This document shows positions 38,501-47,549 of a stretch of 64,000 bases of DNA, in pieces. Under the pieces are notes generated by a model that made no database searches, was not told the origin of the DNA, and worked only from the letters and a program-made list of their open reading frames with translations. The DNA is from an uncultured Lentisphaeria bacterium (GTDB taxonomy: Bacteria; Verrucomicrobiota; Lentisphaeria; Victivallales; UBA1829): assembly GCA_905197955.1 (NCBI GenBank), contig CAJKAR010000021.1, positions 7,763-71,762 of the forward strand, written 5' to 3'. Positions within the stretch are counted from its first letter, which is position 1, and the number at the start of each line of letters is the position of its first letter. The translations under genes were made by a program, and so were the position numbers.

Positions 38501-38604
38501 CGGATCATCAGAGAAGAAAGCAGCCCATGATACAACAGCAGAAGCAGCAGAAGGAACGCCGCGACGATCGCGATCCTGAGCCTGAACTTTTTGGAAAGAG
38601 CCAT
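35500..38604 (-). CDS. AsmA-family / TamB-like large envelope protein
   Basis: About 1034 aa. Has an N-terminal anchor helix (IAIVAAFLLLLLLLYHGLL), a long repetitive region predicted to be beta-rich, and a lysine tail. I prefer the ATG at 38604 (MALSKKF). Confidence 0.6.
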   Translation of the reverse strand: MALSKKFRLRIAIVAAFLLLLLLLYHGLLSSLMIRNVWLPMVKSRTGIDVQAETCRISLFSSPTFYAENAALKTPQMKVAAKNLTLSANPVGFLFSRKLTVSELRGSGFVIEYAHPGKSVTPAGPANDPLPGTRSSSQPKREETLPTAVPEEKKDSLNIAIQKVELTDSSLLIRDAQGGSYEFSGLSIFCSDLFPAGRASIRFESAFRMESEQMEIARTPVSGNARVDFVSDSLIPSGIEAEFSSGTMTLSGKRINPLGAAFSMRLNAGWNGEQILVRSSSLRLKDGAGTEVLKADLSGGILWKTLSGRLSASLKTTPSALLDSLIRAYTGKTWKNAVLTANVTASVAEAGDAIVAEGNADLSADSLFEEIRSIGSRFSFRAMRRENGLEWKTLQFHLRDGSGKLNLSAWTSPDFSWLCDFREKTLTGSGTLELQTANLNLPRIAGLLELQKRFPVKSGLFSLALKAKPTGKQMALTGKASLNEFLVSAKDEGTVLPMDLSSTFSMHAMMNPPGVVLDSCRLTGMVQRKKFLSADLRCSAPDLKTGFPISAELFLSELNEQVLGVLPFPFLRNGKIRAFKTEMNVKWERGERDVQTLSLSGTVDGLSIAGAEQPLELALGSRLSLAEDRMRLDALSLTASEQHRDFLDLNLSGNVEPEAAQDGGRNRFLLASKFIDAAKLQNLALLLKNGDESSAVSANGGVLSTPSAGPSQSPAGGAGAVSHPAPVVPPKEPAPLDFSAWQGILEFALEKIQYTDDVVLSLHGPLEIDGSRIAAEALKLTANGAPVNLRFALDAGFADGYEYALAFSMKNLLLPPLIKAAMKGRDQGVTGTLSSVDLKMEGKGVTPQNFKKNLKGSVKASTADLSFPAPSADVIDALNLLFIPLDAVPDLTESLNLDALTGDLKTLSDNVSGILDGSKNVEFERGTMDVSVSDGIVILNKFLFEGGTLKSESVAGKVNLLTGGLDLAASLNLGILVIPMKIGGTLSGPKPDFKEFLVQFAEKNVENLLDPDNIENTIQNVDSILQLFRRKKKK

Positions 38605-38617
38605 ACCCGTCTCCCGG

Positions 38618-38866
38618 TTACTGCGGCTTGACAAACAGGGGGAATTCGGTAGCATTCACACTTCCGCCGCACAAGGGACACGTTTCCGGCAGAACCGAAA
38701 CAGCGCGTCCGAGTTTCGGAGCTGCGGGATTGTCCGGGATTTCCCCGTCGAATAGAGTCACGAACTCATGCCATGGGCACGCGGTGCATTTGACGTTGAA
38801 AACACGGACCGTTTTACTCTGTTTCAGCTGTTCCGTGGGAGACGGACGATTTGTTTTGATAGCCAT
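38618..38866 (-). CDS. Small zinc-ribbon protein (82 aa), hypothetical
   Basis: Two CxxC pairs (CTAC ... CPLC). AGAGGTG RBS upstream of the ATG at 38866. It ends 13 nt before the AsmA-like start. Confidence 0.5.
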   Translation of the reverse strand: MAIKTNRPSPTEQLKQSKTVRVFNVKCTACPWHEFVTLFDGEIPDNPAAPKLGRAVSVLPETCPLCGGSVNATEFPLFVKPQ

Positions 38867-39384
38867 TCATCACCTCTTTTTCCTTAAATTCCGGGAGATA
38901 AGATAAGCAGGGAAACGGATTATTTCAACAAAAAAAAGATTTTTTTTCCAAGATTGCTTGTATTTGAAAAATGGCAGTGTATTATAGTCGATGTTGTTGA
39001 ATTCCAGGCAATAACTGTTTATCAGGATTGTTGCCGGTTTTTCAGCGGTTTCATTTTTCGGGGAGAACCGGAAGAATGAATGTGCAGACCGGTTGTGTCT
39101 ATGAAATAAAAATAGTTGATTGTAGTTTGTTGATGTCTGTTAATCCGCATTGAATCATATCCATTACGGTTGATTTCCACCAGCACGTTCGAAATCTGAA
39201 ACATTGCACGCAAAATACATTCACACTGTCTTTATTCGAGCGCATCGGGTTTGCCCGCGGAATGTTTCATGATCGGTCCGGACGCGGTATGATCCTCCTG
39301 CGCCGGAGTCGTTCGGATATCATCAGCAACGGCAGAGAAATCGAGGATAAAAAAAGGGCCAAGGGGTCCGGAAAAGGTTACAGA

Positions 39385-39675
39385 ATGAAAATTTATGTCG
39401 GAAACATGCCGTACGCCATGACGGAAGATGAACTCAGAAGTCTGTTTGAGCAGTACGGGACAGTCGCAAGCGCGAGTCTCGCCATCGACCGCGAAACACG
39501 CAGAGTCAGAGGGTTCGGATTCGTGGAAATGCCCGATGCCGGCGAAGCCAACGCCGCGATCGGCGGACTCAACGGACAGGAACAGGGCGGACGCAGACTC
39601 GTTGTCAATGAAGCCCGTCCCCGTGAGGATCGTCCCCGCGGAGCACGTCCCTTCAACCGCGCACCCCGCGCCTGA
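39385..39675 (+). CDS. RRM-type RNA-binding protein
   Basis: 96 aa. RNP2 KIYVGNM, RNP1 RGFGFVEM, and an Arg/Pro-rich tail. Confidence 0.9.
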   Translation: MKIYVGNMPYAMTEDELRSLFEQYGTVASASLAIDRETRRVRGFGFVEMPDAGEANAAIGGLNGQEQGGRRLVVNEARPREDRPRGARPFNRAPRA

Positions 39676-39702
39676 CCGCTTCTTCCGCGTCAATTTGATC
39701 AG

Positions 39703-39737
39703 AACGGCACCGTTTTCCGAACGGTGCCGTTTTTTTG
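39703..39737 (+). terminator. Rho-independent terminator
   Basis: AACGGCACCGTT (39703-39714) / AACGGTGCCGTT (39720-39731), followed by a T-run. Confidence 0.9.
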
Positions 39738-39856
39738 TTCCCCTCCGGCTGCTCAAAGATTCATGAGAAACCAATCAAATCTTCATTGAAAAAAAACAAT
39801 CCGCTTTTATATTCTTTAATCAAATCAATTTCATTGAAACTCAGGAGAACGACACT

Positions 39857-41062
39857 ATGGCACGAACATCCATGATTCTGCGAACTGCCGGCGCAGCAAT
39901 GTTTCTTTTTGCAATGCATCTCTCGCTCCACGCGGCGGATGCGGCATGGGAGATCAAGGGGACATATCCGGCTCCGCCGCCGGTGGATGCGGCGAAACTT
40001 GCGAAGGCTCCCCGGACAGGCACACCCCGCAACATCATTCTTCTCATTGGAGACGGCATGGGGCAAGGCGCTTTGACCCTGGCCTCCCTGTATGCCTACG
40101 GAGCGCCGGGAAAACTCACGCTCGACCAGTTTCCGGTCTGCGGACTGGCCCGGACCGCCTCGGCGAACAGCACCGTCACCGATTCCGCCGCGAGCGGCAC
40201 CGCTCTTGCCGGCGGCTACAAAACCAACAACGGAATGATCGGGAAGACCCCCGATAAAGTCTCCCGGAAAAGTTTTGCCGCTCTTGCCCGGGAATCCGGC
40301 AGAAGCATCGGCATCATGACAACGGATGCCCTGACCGGAGCCACGCCTGCCGCGTTTCTGGCCCATGCGGATCATCGAAGCCAGGCGGAAAAAATCGCCG
40401 CCGATCTCTCCGCCGCCGGGAGCATGATTCTCATCGGATCCGATCCGAAGCCGTTTCTCCCGAAAAAGGACGGCGGACGCAGAGCCGACAACCGCAATCT
40501 TCTCGCCGAACTCCAAAAAGCCGGATATCGGGAGGCCGCCACCCCCGAAGCCTTGAAACAACTTCCCGCAAACATCCCCGCTTACGGCTTTGTTCCCGAC
40601 TGGAGCAACACCACCCTTCTCTCCCGCTTTGCCTCTGCCGCATTTGAAAAACTGAACGCAAATCCCAAAGGCTTCTTTCTCATGATCGAAGGACATTATC
40701 CGGACAAGGGCGGACATGGGAACAATCCGGATTACAGTGTCAATGGAGTTCTCATGAACAATTTCCTGGCGAAAGCGGCTCTCGATTTTGCCCTGCAGCA
40801 TCCGGATACTCTGGTTGTCGTCACGGCGGATCATGAAACCGGCGGCATCAGCGCGGCTCCGAACAAAGCGAATCCGCGCAAACCGCATATTCACTATATG
40901 ACGAAAAACCATACCGGAGCACCGGTCGGGATTTATGCATTCGGTCCCGGAGCAGACCGCTTCAATGCAGTTATCGAAAACACGGATATTCCGAAAACCT
41001 TTGCGGATTTCTGGCGCATCAAACTGGATCTGCCGGAAAAGGAGATCCCGCCCAAACGCTGA
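39857..41062 (+). CDS. phoA: Alkaline phosphatase (PhoA family), secreted
   Basis: Signal peptide. Metal/active-site blocks IGDGMG and DSAASGTALAGG (nucleophile Ser), plus TADHETGG. Confidence 0.9.
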   Translation: MARTSMILRTAGAAMFLFAMHLSLHAADAAWEIKGTYPAPPPVDAAKLAKAPRTGTPRNIILLIGDGMGQGALTLASLYAYGAPGKLTLDQFPVCGLARTASANSTVTDSAASGTALAGGYKTNNGMIGKTPDKVSRKSFAALARESGRSIGIMTTDALTGATPAAFLAHADHRSQAEKIAADLSAAGSMILIGSDPKPFLPKKDGGRRADNRNLLAELQKAGYREAATPEALKQLPANIPAYGFVPDWSNTTLLSRFASAAFEKLNANPKGFFLMIEGHYPDKGGHGNNPDYSVNGVLMNNFLAKAALDFALQHPDTLVVVTADHETGGISAAPNKANPRKPHIHYMTKNHTGAPVGIYAFGPGADRFNAVIENTDIPKTFADFWRIKLDLPEKEIPPKR

Positions 41063-41081
41063 CGCTTGTCGGAAAAGAGAG

Positions 41082-41127
41082 AAAAAAAACGGCGTTCCGG
41101 TCTCTGCCGCGAACGCCGTTTTTCTGT
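41082..41127. terminator. Bidirectional rho-independent terminator
   Basis: AACGGCGTTC (41088-41097) / GAACGCCGTT (41111-41120), flanked by A8 upstream and a T-run downstream. It sits between convergent genes. Confidence 0.8.
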
Positions 41128-41143
41128 TTGAATTGAAGCGGAA

Positions 41144-41968
41144 TCAGACAAGAGAAATGATCGTTTTCAGTGTCTGTTTCTCTCCGGCCTTCAGAATGCG
41201 GAAGTCGTTGCCGACATTCGCCGATTCAATGCAGACCATCCCATTGTATTCACGATCACCGAAATCAGGAAGACGGCGAGACTTGGCAACCCAGGGATTC
41301 CAGACAACGGTTGACATGGATCCCTCCTTCGCCACATGAATCTTCTTTTCATAGGCGGGATCGTCGATGATGCACTCGGCAGCGGAGTGATCGTAAATGC
41401 GGTCGGTTTCCGCGCGGAAGTCGATGGGGCCGTCCTGATGATGACGGGTCGAGTTCAGCGTATCAATATACTCCGCTCCGTCAAGTCCGAGAATCCGGAT
41501 CGAGCTGATGTTGGAAATTCCGAAATAGGAGTGAAGCGCCTGCGTCAGCCGGAAGTCATCGGGACCGAGATTCGTAGTTGTCAGCTCCACGGTCAGTTTA
41601 TCCGCCACCGTGACGGTCACATCCGCGATCAGATTCTCATACGCGAATGCCTCGAATTTCACCACCGTTTCAGCCGCCTCGGAAGCACTCTCCTTGAGTG
41701 CCCACTCGTTGATGCGCGCCACTCCGTGAGCCGGCTCCTGTGCAGGGCCGAACCAGGGCCAGCAGACAGGAATTCCTCCGCGGATCGGTTTTCCCGGTTC
41801 CGCCCAGCTCTCTTCGGAGAGCCAGAGCACTTCCCGTTCCCCCGCGGGCCGATAGGAGAGCACATGAGCGCCATGCAGAGCGATTTTCGCTTCGGCGGCA
41901 TCGTTCCGGATCTGGAGGATCGGAAGATTCTTCCACGTCTCAAGTTTCAAAGATGATGTTTCTGTCAT
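41144..41968 (-). CDS. D-hexose-6-phosphate mutarotase (aldose 1-epimerase family, YeaD-like)
   Basis: 274 aa. The blocks GGIPVCWPWFG, HGVARI and ALHSYF are typical of glucose-6-phosphate 1-epimerases. Confidence 0.8.
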   Translation of the reverse strand: MTETSSLKLETWKNLPILQIRNDAAEAKIALHGAHVLSYRPAGEREVLWLSEESWAEPGKPIRGGIPVCWPWFGPAQEPAHGVARINEWALKESASEAAETVVKFEAFAYENLIADVTVTVADKLTVELTTTNLGPDDFRLTQALHSYFGISNISSIRILGLDGAEYIDTLNSTRHHQDGPIDFRAETDRIYDHSAAECIIDDPAYEKKIHVAKEGSMSTVVWNPWVAKSRRLPDFGDREYNGMVCIESANVGNDFRILKAGEKQTLKTIISLV

Positions 41969-42054
41969 AATTTTCCCCTTCTTTCCGATTGAAAATTTCT
42001 CTTGACAGAATATAGTAGTTCGTTCGTATTATTCAACGGAAAAGGCGACCGAAT

Positions 42055-45000
42055 ATGACAAAAAATCGTAAAAATATCCGAGACCTCCTCAAAAAACGCA
42101 TTCTTGTGCTCGACGGAGCCATGGGAACCATGCTCCAGGCACAGGGGCTGACCGACTCCGATTTCAACTGCGGCGTCTTCGCGAATCATCCAACGCCCCT
42201 CAAGGGAGATAACGACGTACTCTGCATCACCCGTCCCGACGCGGTCAAGGCCGTTCACAAAGCCTATCTCGACGCGGGAGCGGATATCATCGAGACCAAC
42301 ACCTTCAATTCCAACGCGATCTCCCAGGCCGAATACGGTCTTCAGGACCGCGTCTATGAACTGGCATACGCCGGAGCGAAAATCGCGCGGGAAGCCGCCG
42401 ATGAAGCCGAAGCGGCAACTCCGGACAAACCCCGTTTTGTCGCAGGAAGCATGGGGCCGACCGGACGGACCGCCTCCATGTCGCCTTCCGTCGATGACCC
42501 TGCCTCACGAAATGTCACCTTCGACGAGCTCGCCGAAACCTATCAGCTTCAGGCAGAAGCGCTGATCGACGGCGGAGCGGATCTGCTTCTCGTCGAAACC
42601 ATTTTCGATACTCTCAACGCCAAAGCCGCCGTCTACGGCATTCAGAAGGCGATGGGAACCCGGAGCATCCGCATTCCGGTCATGCTCTCCGCAACCCTCA
42701 GCGATGCCAGCGGGCGCATGCTCGCCGGGCAAAGTGCGGAAGCATTTCTGATTTCCGTTCTGCATACGGAGGAGCTGCTTTCGGTCGGATTCAACTGTGC
42801 GCTCGGGGCCGAAGAGATGCGTCCGCATCTGGCGGAGCTTGCGGCAAAAGCGCCGAGCCTTGTCAGCGCCCACCCGAATGCAGGATTGCCCGATATCTTC
42901 GGAAAATATGCGCAGACTCCGGAACGGATGGGAAGCATCATCCGGGAATTTGCGGAAAGCGGACTCATCAACATTGTCGGCGGCTGCTGCGGAACCACGC
43001 CTGCGCACATTGCAAAAATAGCCGAAGCGGTCGAAGGACTCGCGCCGCGCGTGCCGCCTGTTCCGGAGCCGTGCCTGCGTCTTTCCGGACTCGATCCGTT
43101 CCGAGCGGGAAAAGAGATGAATTTCATCAATATCGGAGAACGCACCAATGTGGCTGGCTCGCGTAAGTTTCTGAATCTGATCAAGGCGGGCAATCTGCCG
43201 GAGGCAATGGCTGTGGCGCGGCATCAGATTGAAAACGGGGCGTCCATCATCGACGTCAACATGGACGACGCCATGCTCGACTCCCCCGCCGCGATGAAAC
43301 GTTTTCTTCTTTATCTAGCCTCGGAACCGGAGATCGCGCGTGTGCCGGTGATGGTGGATTCCTCCAACTGGGAGGTTGTCAAAACCGCGCTGCGGTGTCT
43401 TCAGGGAAAAAGCATCGTCAACTCCATCAGTCTGAAGGAGGGCGAGGAGGCGTTTCTCGAAAAGGCAAAGGAGATTCACCGTCTCGGAGCGGCAATTCTG
43501 GTCATGGCCTTCGACGAGAACGGACAGGCGGATACCCTCCCCCGCAGAATCGACGTCTGCAAACGCTCCTATGACCTGCTGACCCGGAAAGCCGGAATCG
43601 CTCCCGAAGACATCGTCTTCGATCCGAACATCTTCGCCATCGCAACCGGAATGAAGGAGCACGATCATTATGCGGTCGATTTCATCGAAGCGGTCCGGTA
43701 CATCCATAAGAACATGCCGCTCTGCGGGATCAGCGGAGGGGTCAGCAATGTCTCCTTCTCGTTCCGGGGGAACGATGTGGTCCGCGGTGCGCTCCACACG
43801 GTTTTTCTGAAACACGCCATCGAAGCCGGCATGACGATGGGGATTGTCAATGCCGCTCAGCTCGGTGTTTACGAGGATCTGGATCCGCAGCTCCGGGCAG
43901 CGGCGGAAGCGGTTGTCCTGAACACCGATCCGGCGGCAGCTGAAAAACTCATTGAGATCGCATCGGGGCTGAAAACGGAGGCAAAACAGAGTGCTTCCGT
44001 CGAAGAGTGGCGCAGCAAACCGCTACCGGAACGCATCGCGGATTCGCTTGTCAAAGGCGACGACTCCCATGTGCAGGAAGATATGGCGGAAGCGCTGAAC
44101 ACCTATCCATCACCGATGAAAATTGTCGAAGGGCCTCTCATGGACGGCATGGCAAAAGTCGGCGAGCTCTTCTCCTCCGGACGCATGTTTCTGCCCCAGG
44201 TGGTCAAAAGTGCCCGCGTGATGAAACGCTCCGTGGCGGAGCTGATGCCGGCGATCGAACAGGCGAAAGGCTCAGGCGGAGCGGCACGCTCTCCCGTGGT
44301 CGTGCTGGCGACCGTCAAAGGCGATGTGCACGACATTGGAAAAAACATTGTCTCCGTAGTACTCCAGTGCAACAACTGCAATGTGATTGATCTCGGCGTC
44401 ATGGTTCCCTGCCGGACGATCGTCGATGCGGCGGAGGAGCACCATGCCGATTTCATCGGACTGAGCGGACTCATCACGCCCTCGCTGGAAGAGATGATCC
44501 ATGTGGTTGCCGAACTCGAACGGCGCGGACTTCGGATTCCGGTTCTGGTCGGAGGAGCCGCCACATCGAAACTGCATACGGCTCTGAAAATTCAGCCGTC
44601 GTATTCGGGAGCGGTCATTTACACGCGCGACGCATCCGCGCTGGTTCCGGTAGTCGGCGCTCTGATGAACCCCGACAAACGCGCGCAGTTCCTCGATACA
44701 TTGCGTGCCGAATACGCGGAACTCACCGATGCCGTCGAACATCGCAGGGAAGCTATCGTTCCCATCGCAGAAGCAAGAAAACGAGCCGTCAGACACCCCT
44801 GGAAGAACGAACCGCCCGCGCAGGAGGGACTTCATGCCTTCCACCTCACGGTCGAAGAGATGACTCCGTGGCTCGACTGGGAAGGCTTCGCAAAGGCGTG
44901 GGATATGCCCCCGCGCGACAGCCGCACACACGATCTTATCCGCGAAGCCAAAGAGCTCCTTGCCGCAAGCCGGATGCACGCGGAATGCGTCTGCGGAATC

Positions 45001-45642
45001 TTTCCAGCCTGCGCGTCCGGGGATGCGATCCGGGTTCTCGGCGAGGATGGTGCCCTGCGCAAGCTTCTCCCGACCCTCCGTCAGCAGGGAGAAAAGAGCG
45101 AATTTGCCGCACTGGCTGATTTTCTCTCCGAGGAACACTCGAACACGCCTGACTGGATCGGTGCACTTGCCGTCTCCGTGCACGGAGCGGAAGAGGAAGC
45201 CGCCGCGTTCGTGAAAAACGGCGACGACTATTCCGCGCTGATGCTGAAATCTCTTGCGAACCGTCTTGCGGAAGCAGCGGCGGAAATTGTCCACGCAAGA
45301 ATCCGCGAAACATTCTGGGGCTATGAATCCGCACCGCATCCGTCCATCGAAGAGATGCTGAAGAACCGGTATCGCGGAATCCGTCCGGCGCCGGGCTATC
45401 CGACTCTGCCGGACCATACGCTGAAACGGGAGATTCTCGATCTGCTGGATGCCGGAAAGGCGTGCGGCATGAGTCTGACGGAAAATTTCATGATGGTTCC
45501 GCAGTCATCGGTCTGTGCTCTTGTGCTGGCGAATCCGGAAGCACGCTGTTTTACCGTCGGGAAAATTGCGGATGACCAGCTGGCGGAGTATGCAAAACTC
45601 CGCGGATTTCCAGTCGATGACCTCAAACAATGGATCAGTTGA
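42055..45642 (+). CDS. metH: Cobalamin-dependent methionine synthase
   Basis: 1195 aa. Carries the Hcy-binding, pterin-binding, B12-binding (VKGDVHDIGKNIV) and AdoMet-activation domains. Confidence 0.95.
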   Translation: MTKNRKNIRDLLKKRILVLDGAMGTMLQAQGLTDSDFNCGVFANHPTPLKGDNDVLCITRPDAVKAVHKAYLDAGADIIETNTFNSNAISQAEYGLQDRVYELAYAGAKIAREAADEAEAATPDKPRFVAGSMGPTGRTASMSPSVDDPASRNVTFDELAETYQLQAEALIDGGADLLLVETIFDTLNAKAAVYGIQKAMGTRSIRIPVMLSATLSDASGRMLAGQSAEAFLISVLHTEELLSVGFNCALGAEEMRPHLAELAAKAPSLVSAHPNAGLPDIFGKYAQTPERMGSIIREFAESGLINIVGGCCGTTPAHIAKIAEAVEGLAPRVPPVPEPCLRLSGLDPFRAGKEMNFINIGERTNVAGSRKFLNLIKAGNLPEAMAVARHQIENGASIIDVNMDDAMLDSPAAMKRFLLYLASEPEIARVPVMVDSSNWEVVKTALRCLQGKSIVNSISLKEGEEAFLEKAKEIHRLGAAILVMAFDENGQADTLPRRIDVCKRSYDLLTRKAGIAPEDIVFDPNIFAIATGMKEHDHYAVDFIEAVRYIHKNMPLCGISGGVSNVSFSFRGNDVVRGALHTVFLKHAIEAGMTMGIVNAAQLGVYEDLDPQLRAAAEAVVLNTDPAAAEKLIEIASGLKTEAKQSASVEEWRSKPLPERIADSLVKGDDSHVQEDMAEALNTYPSPMKIVEGPLMDGMAKVGELFSSGRMFLPQVVKSARVMKRSVAELMPAIEQAKGSGGAARSPVVVLATVKGDVHDIGKNIVSVVLQCNNCNVIDLGVMVPCRTIVDAAEEHHADFIGLSGLITPSLEEMIHVVAELERRGLRIPVLVGGAATSKLHTALKIQPSYSGAVIYTRDASALVPVVGALMNPDKRAQFLDTLRAEYAELTDAVEHRREAIVPIAEARKRAVRHPWKNEPPAQEGLHAFHLTVEEMTPWLDWEGFAKAWDMPPRDSRTHDLIREAKELLAASRMHAECVCGIFPACASGDAIRVLGEDGALRKLLPTLRQQGEKSEFAALADFLSEEHSNTPDWIGALAVSVHGAEEEAAAFVKNGDDYSALMLKSLANRLAEAAAEIVHARIRETFWGYESAPHPSIEEMLKNRYRGIRPAPGYPTLPDHTLKREILDLLDAGKACGMSLTENFMMVPQSSVCALVLANPEARCFTVGKIADDQLAEYAKLRGFPVDDLKQWIS

Positions 45643-45658
45643 ATACTTCGGAGCAGAA

Positions 45659-46396
45659 ATGCGGCAGAAAAATAAAAAACAGACTCTGACGGAACAGCTG
45701 GTCCGTCAAATTACCGGCTACATCCGGAAAAACAACCTGAAGAGCGGAGATCCGCTGCCGACCGAATCGGAGATGGTGAAACGGTTCAAGGTCTCCCGCG
45801 TCGCACTGCGCGAGGCGTTCTGCTATCTGAAAGGACTGGGACTGATTGTCTCCCGGCGGGGCAGCTGTCTGCGTGTGGCGAATCCCGGAGTGGCGGATGT
45901 CATCGAGGGAGTCATCAGCAAAATCTGTCTGCCGGAAGCGAACATCGTCAACGAGCTGTTCGAGCTCCGCCGGACTCTGGAGCTGGGCTGCATTGCCGAT
46001 GCCGTTGAAAATGCGTCGGAAGCCGATCTGCGCGCCATCGAAGAGGCACGTCTGGAATTTGAGCGTCTCGCAGCGGAAGAAAAACTCAATCCGACTCTGC
46101 TTGACGAAGCGGAAGTCAAATTCCATTATGCGCTGTTTTCTCCGGCAGGATGTCGGATTCTCGGCGTGGTCATTGCGGCTCTGCGCGAGTTCTTCAATCT
46201 GAAGGTCACACAGCCGCAGGATGCCCTCTGGTACAGCCGGGAAAAACTGAAACAGCTCTGCGAAGAACACCGAAAAATCGCCGAAGCATTTCTAGCCCAT
46301 TCGCCGGAAGCGGCCTTTTCCGCCGTCCGGAAACACCTCAACAGCAAAACCTATTCCCAGGTGCCATTCCACTCGGAAGCAGGAGAGAACGCTTGA
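45659..46396 (+). CDS. GntR family regulator, FadR subfamily (FCD domain)
   Basis: HTH LPTESEMVKRFKVSRVALREAFCYLKGLGLIVSRRG plus an all-helical C-terminal domain. ATG at 45659 with GGAG 5 nt upstream. The track ORF extends spuriously into metH. Confidence 0.8.
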   Translation: MRQKNKKQTLTEQLVRQITGYIRKNNLKSGDPLPTESEMVKRFKVSRVALREAFCYLKGLGLIVSRRGSCLRVANPGVADVIEGVISKICLPEANIVNELFELRRTLELGCIADAVENASEADLRAIEEARLEFERLAAEEKLNPTLLDEAEVKFHYALFSPAGCRILGVVIAALREFFNLKVTQPQDALWYSREKLKQLCEEHRKIAEAFLAHSPEAAFSAVRKHLNSKTYSQVPFHSEAGENA

Positions 46397-46410
46397 GCAG
46401 GAAACGGAAC

Positions 46411-47508
46411 ATGATAATCGCGGCAGCTGTATTTCTTCTCTGCCTCCTTGCAGGAGTTAGCATTCTGACTGCGTGTACCCTGTCTTCAGAATTCGGAGAT
46501 CTTCCGGAGGAGACGGAAATTCAGCGATTCCAAACTCTTCCGAACTATTCCGGCGGTCAGTTTCAGAATCAGGAAACGGTCCGGCTGAACATGAAAAAGC
46601 TGGCGAGGAAACCGGGCTTTTTCCGTTTTCTGCTGGACTCCTCCAACGCGCCGGAAACCGGACTGCCGACCGTTCCACTGAACCGGAACTCCTTTTCCGA
46701 GCCTCCCGGCGACTTTCATGTAATCTGGCTCGGACACTCCAGCCTGATCTTTGAACTTGGCGGAGTGCGTTTTCTGACCGATCCGGTGTTCGGCAACGCC
46801 GCCCCCCTTCCCTTTGTCGTCCGGCGTTACTGCGAGTCGCCGCTGCCGCGCAAGGAGCTGCCCCCGCTGGATTTCATTCTGATTTCGCACGATCATTACG
46901 ATCATCTGGAATATCCGACAATCCGTTATCTCCGGAATTCGGATATCCCGTTTGTAGTCCCGCTCGGAGTCGGAGCGATCCTGCGGGGCTGGGGCATCGC
47001 TCCCGAACGCATCCATGAACTGAACTGGAACGATTCCATTACCCTGAAAGGAATCCGCATCACCGCTCTGACTGCACGTCATTTCTCCGGCAGAACGCTC
47101 GGGAATCGCAACAAAACGCTCTGGAGCTCCTTTCTCTTTGAATCTGGCGGGAAAAAAATCTACTTCGGAGCTGACGGAGGCTACGGAAAACATTTCCAGG
47201 AGATCGGAAAAAAATACGGACCGTTCGATCTGACCTGTCTCGAAATCGATGCCTGGAACGAGCGCTGGCCCCACAATCACATGTTTCCAGATGAGGTCAT
47301 TCAAGCGCAGAAGGATTTGCAGGGAAAACGTCTTCTTCCGATCCACTGGGGAGTATTCGATCTAGCCATGCACCCATGGAACGAATCCATCGAAAAAGTC
47401 CGCTCTCTTGCCGAACGGCACCATATTCCTCTGCTGACCCCGAAAATGGGAGAACGAATCCAGCCGGAAACCTCTCCCACATCGGCATGGTGGAATATCC
47501 CGAAATAA
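46411..47508 (+). CDS. MBL-fold metallo-hydrolase (NAPE-PLD-like), lipoprotein-like leader
   Basis: Leader MIIAAAVFLLCLLAGVSILTAC and the HxHxDH motif (ISHDHYDH). Confidence 0.75.
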   Translation: MIIAAAVFLLCLLAGVSILTACTLSSEFGDLPEETEIQRFQTLPNYSGGQFQNQETVRLNMKKLARKPGFFRFLLDSSNAPETGLPTVPLNRNSFSEPPGDFHVIWLGHSSLIFELGGVRFLTDPVFGNAAPLPFVVRRYCESPLPRKELPPLDFILISHDHYDHLEYPTIRYLRNSDIPFVVPLGVGAILRGWGIAPERIHELNWNDSITLKGIRITALTARHFSGRTLGNRNKTLWSSFLFESGGKKIYFGADGGYGKHFQEIGKKYGPFDLTCLEIDAWNERWPHNHMFPDEVIQAQKDLQGKRLLPIHWGVFDLAMHPWNESIEKVRSLAERHHIPLLTPKMGERIQPETSPTSAWWNIPK

Positions 47509-47549
47509 CCTTAACACCAAATTCATCATATAACTAAGGAGTACAGAGC

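Noticed and set aside
39022-39213. 63-aa minus-strand ORF inside the AT-rich gap.
   Set aside because: It starts with TTG, has no RBS, and its composition reflects the AT-rich DNA. It is more likely non-coding.
41969-42054. Cobalamin or SAM riboswitch upstream of metH.
   Set aside because: The upstream gap is only 86 nt and holds a promoter-like TTGACA. That is too short, and it lacks the B12-box or SAM-I conserved cores.
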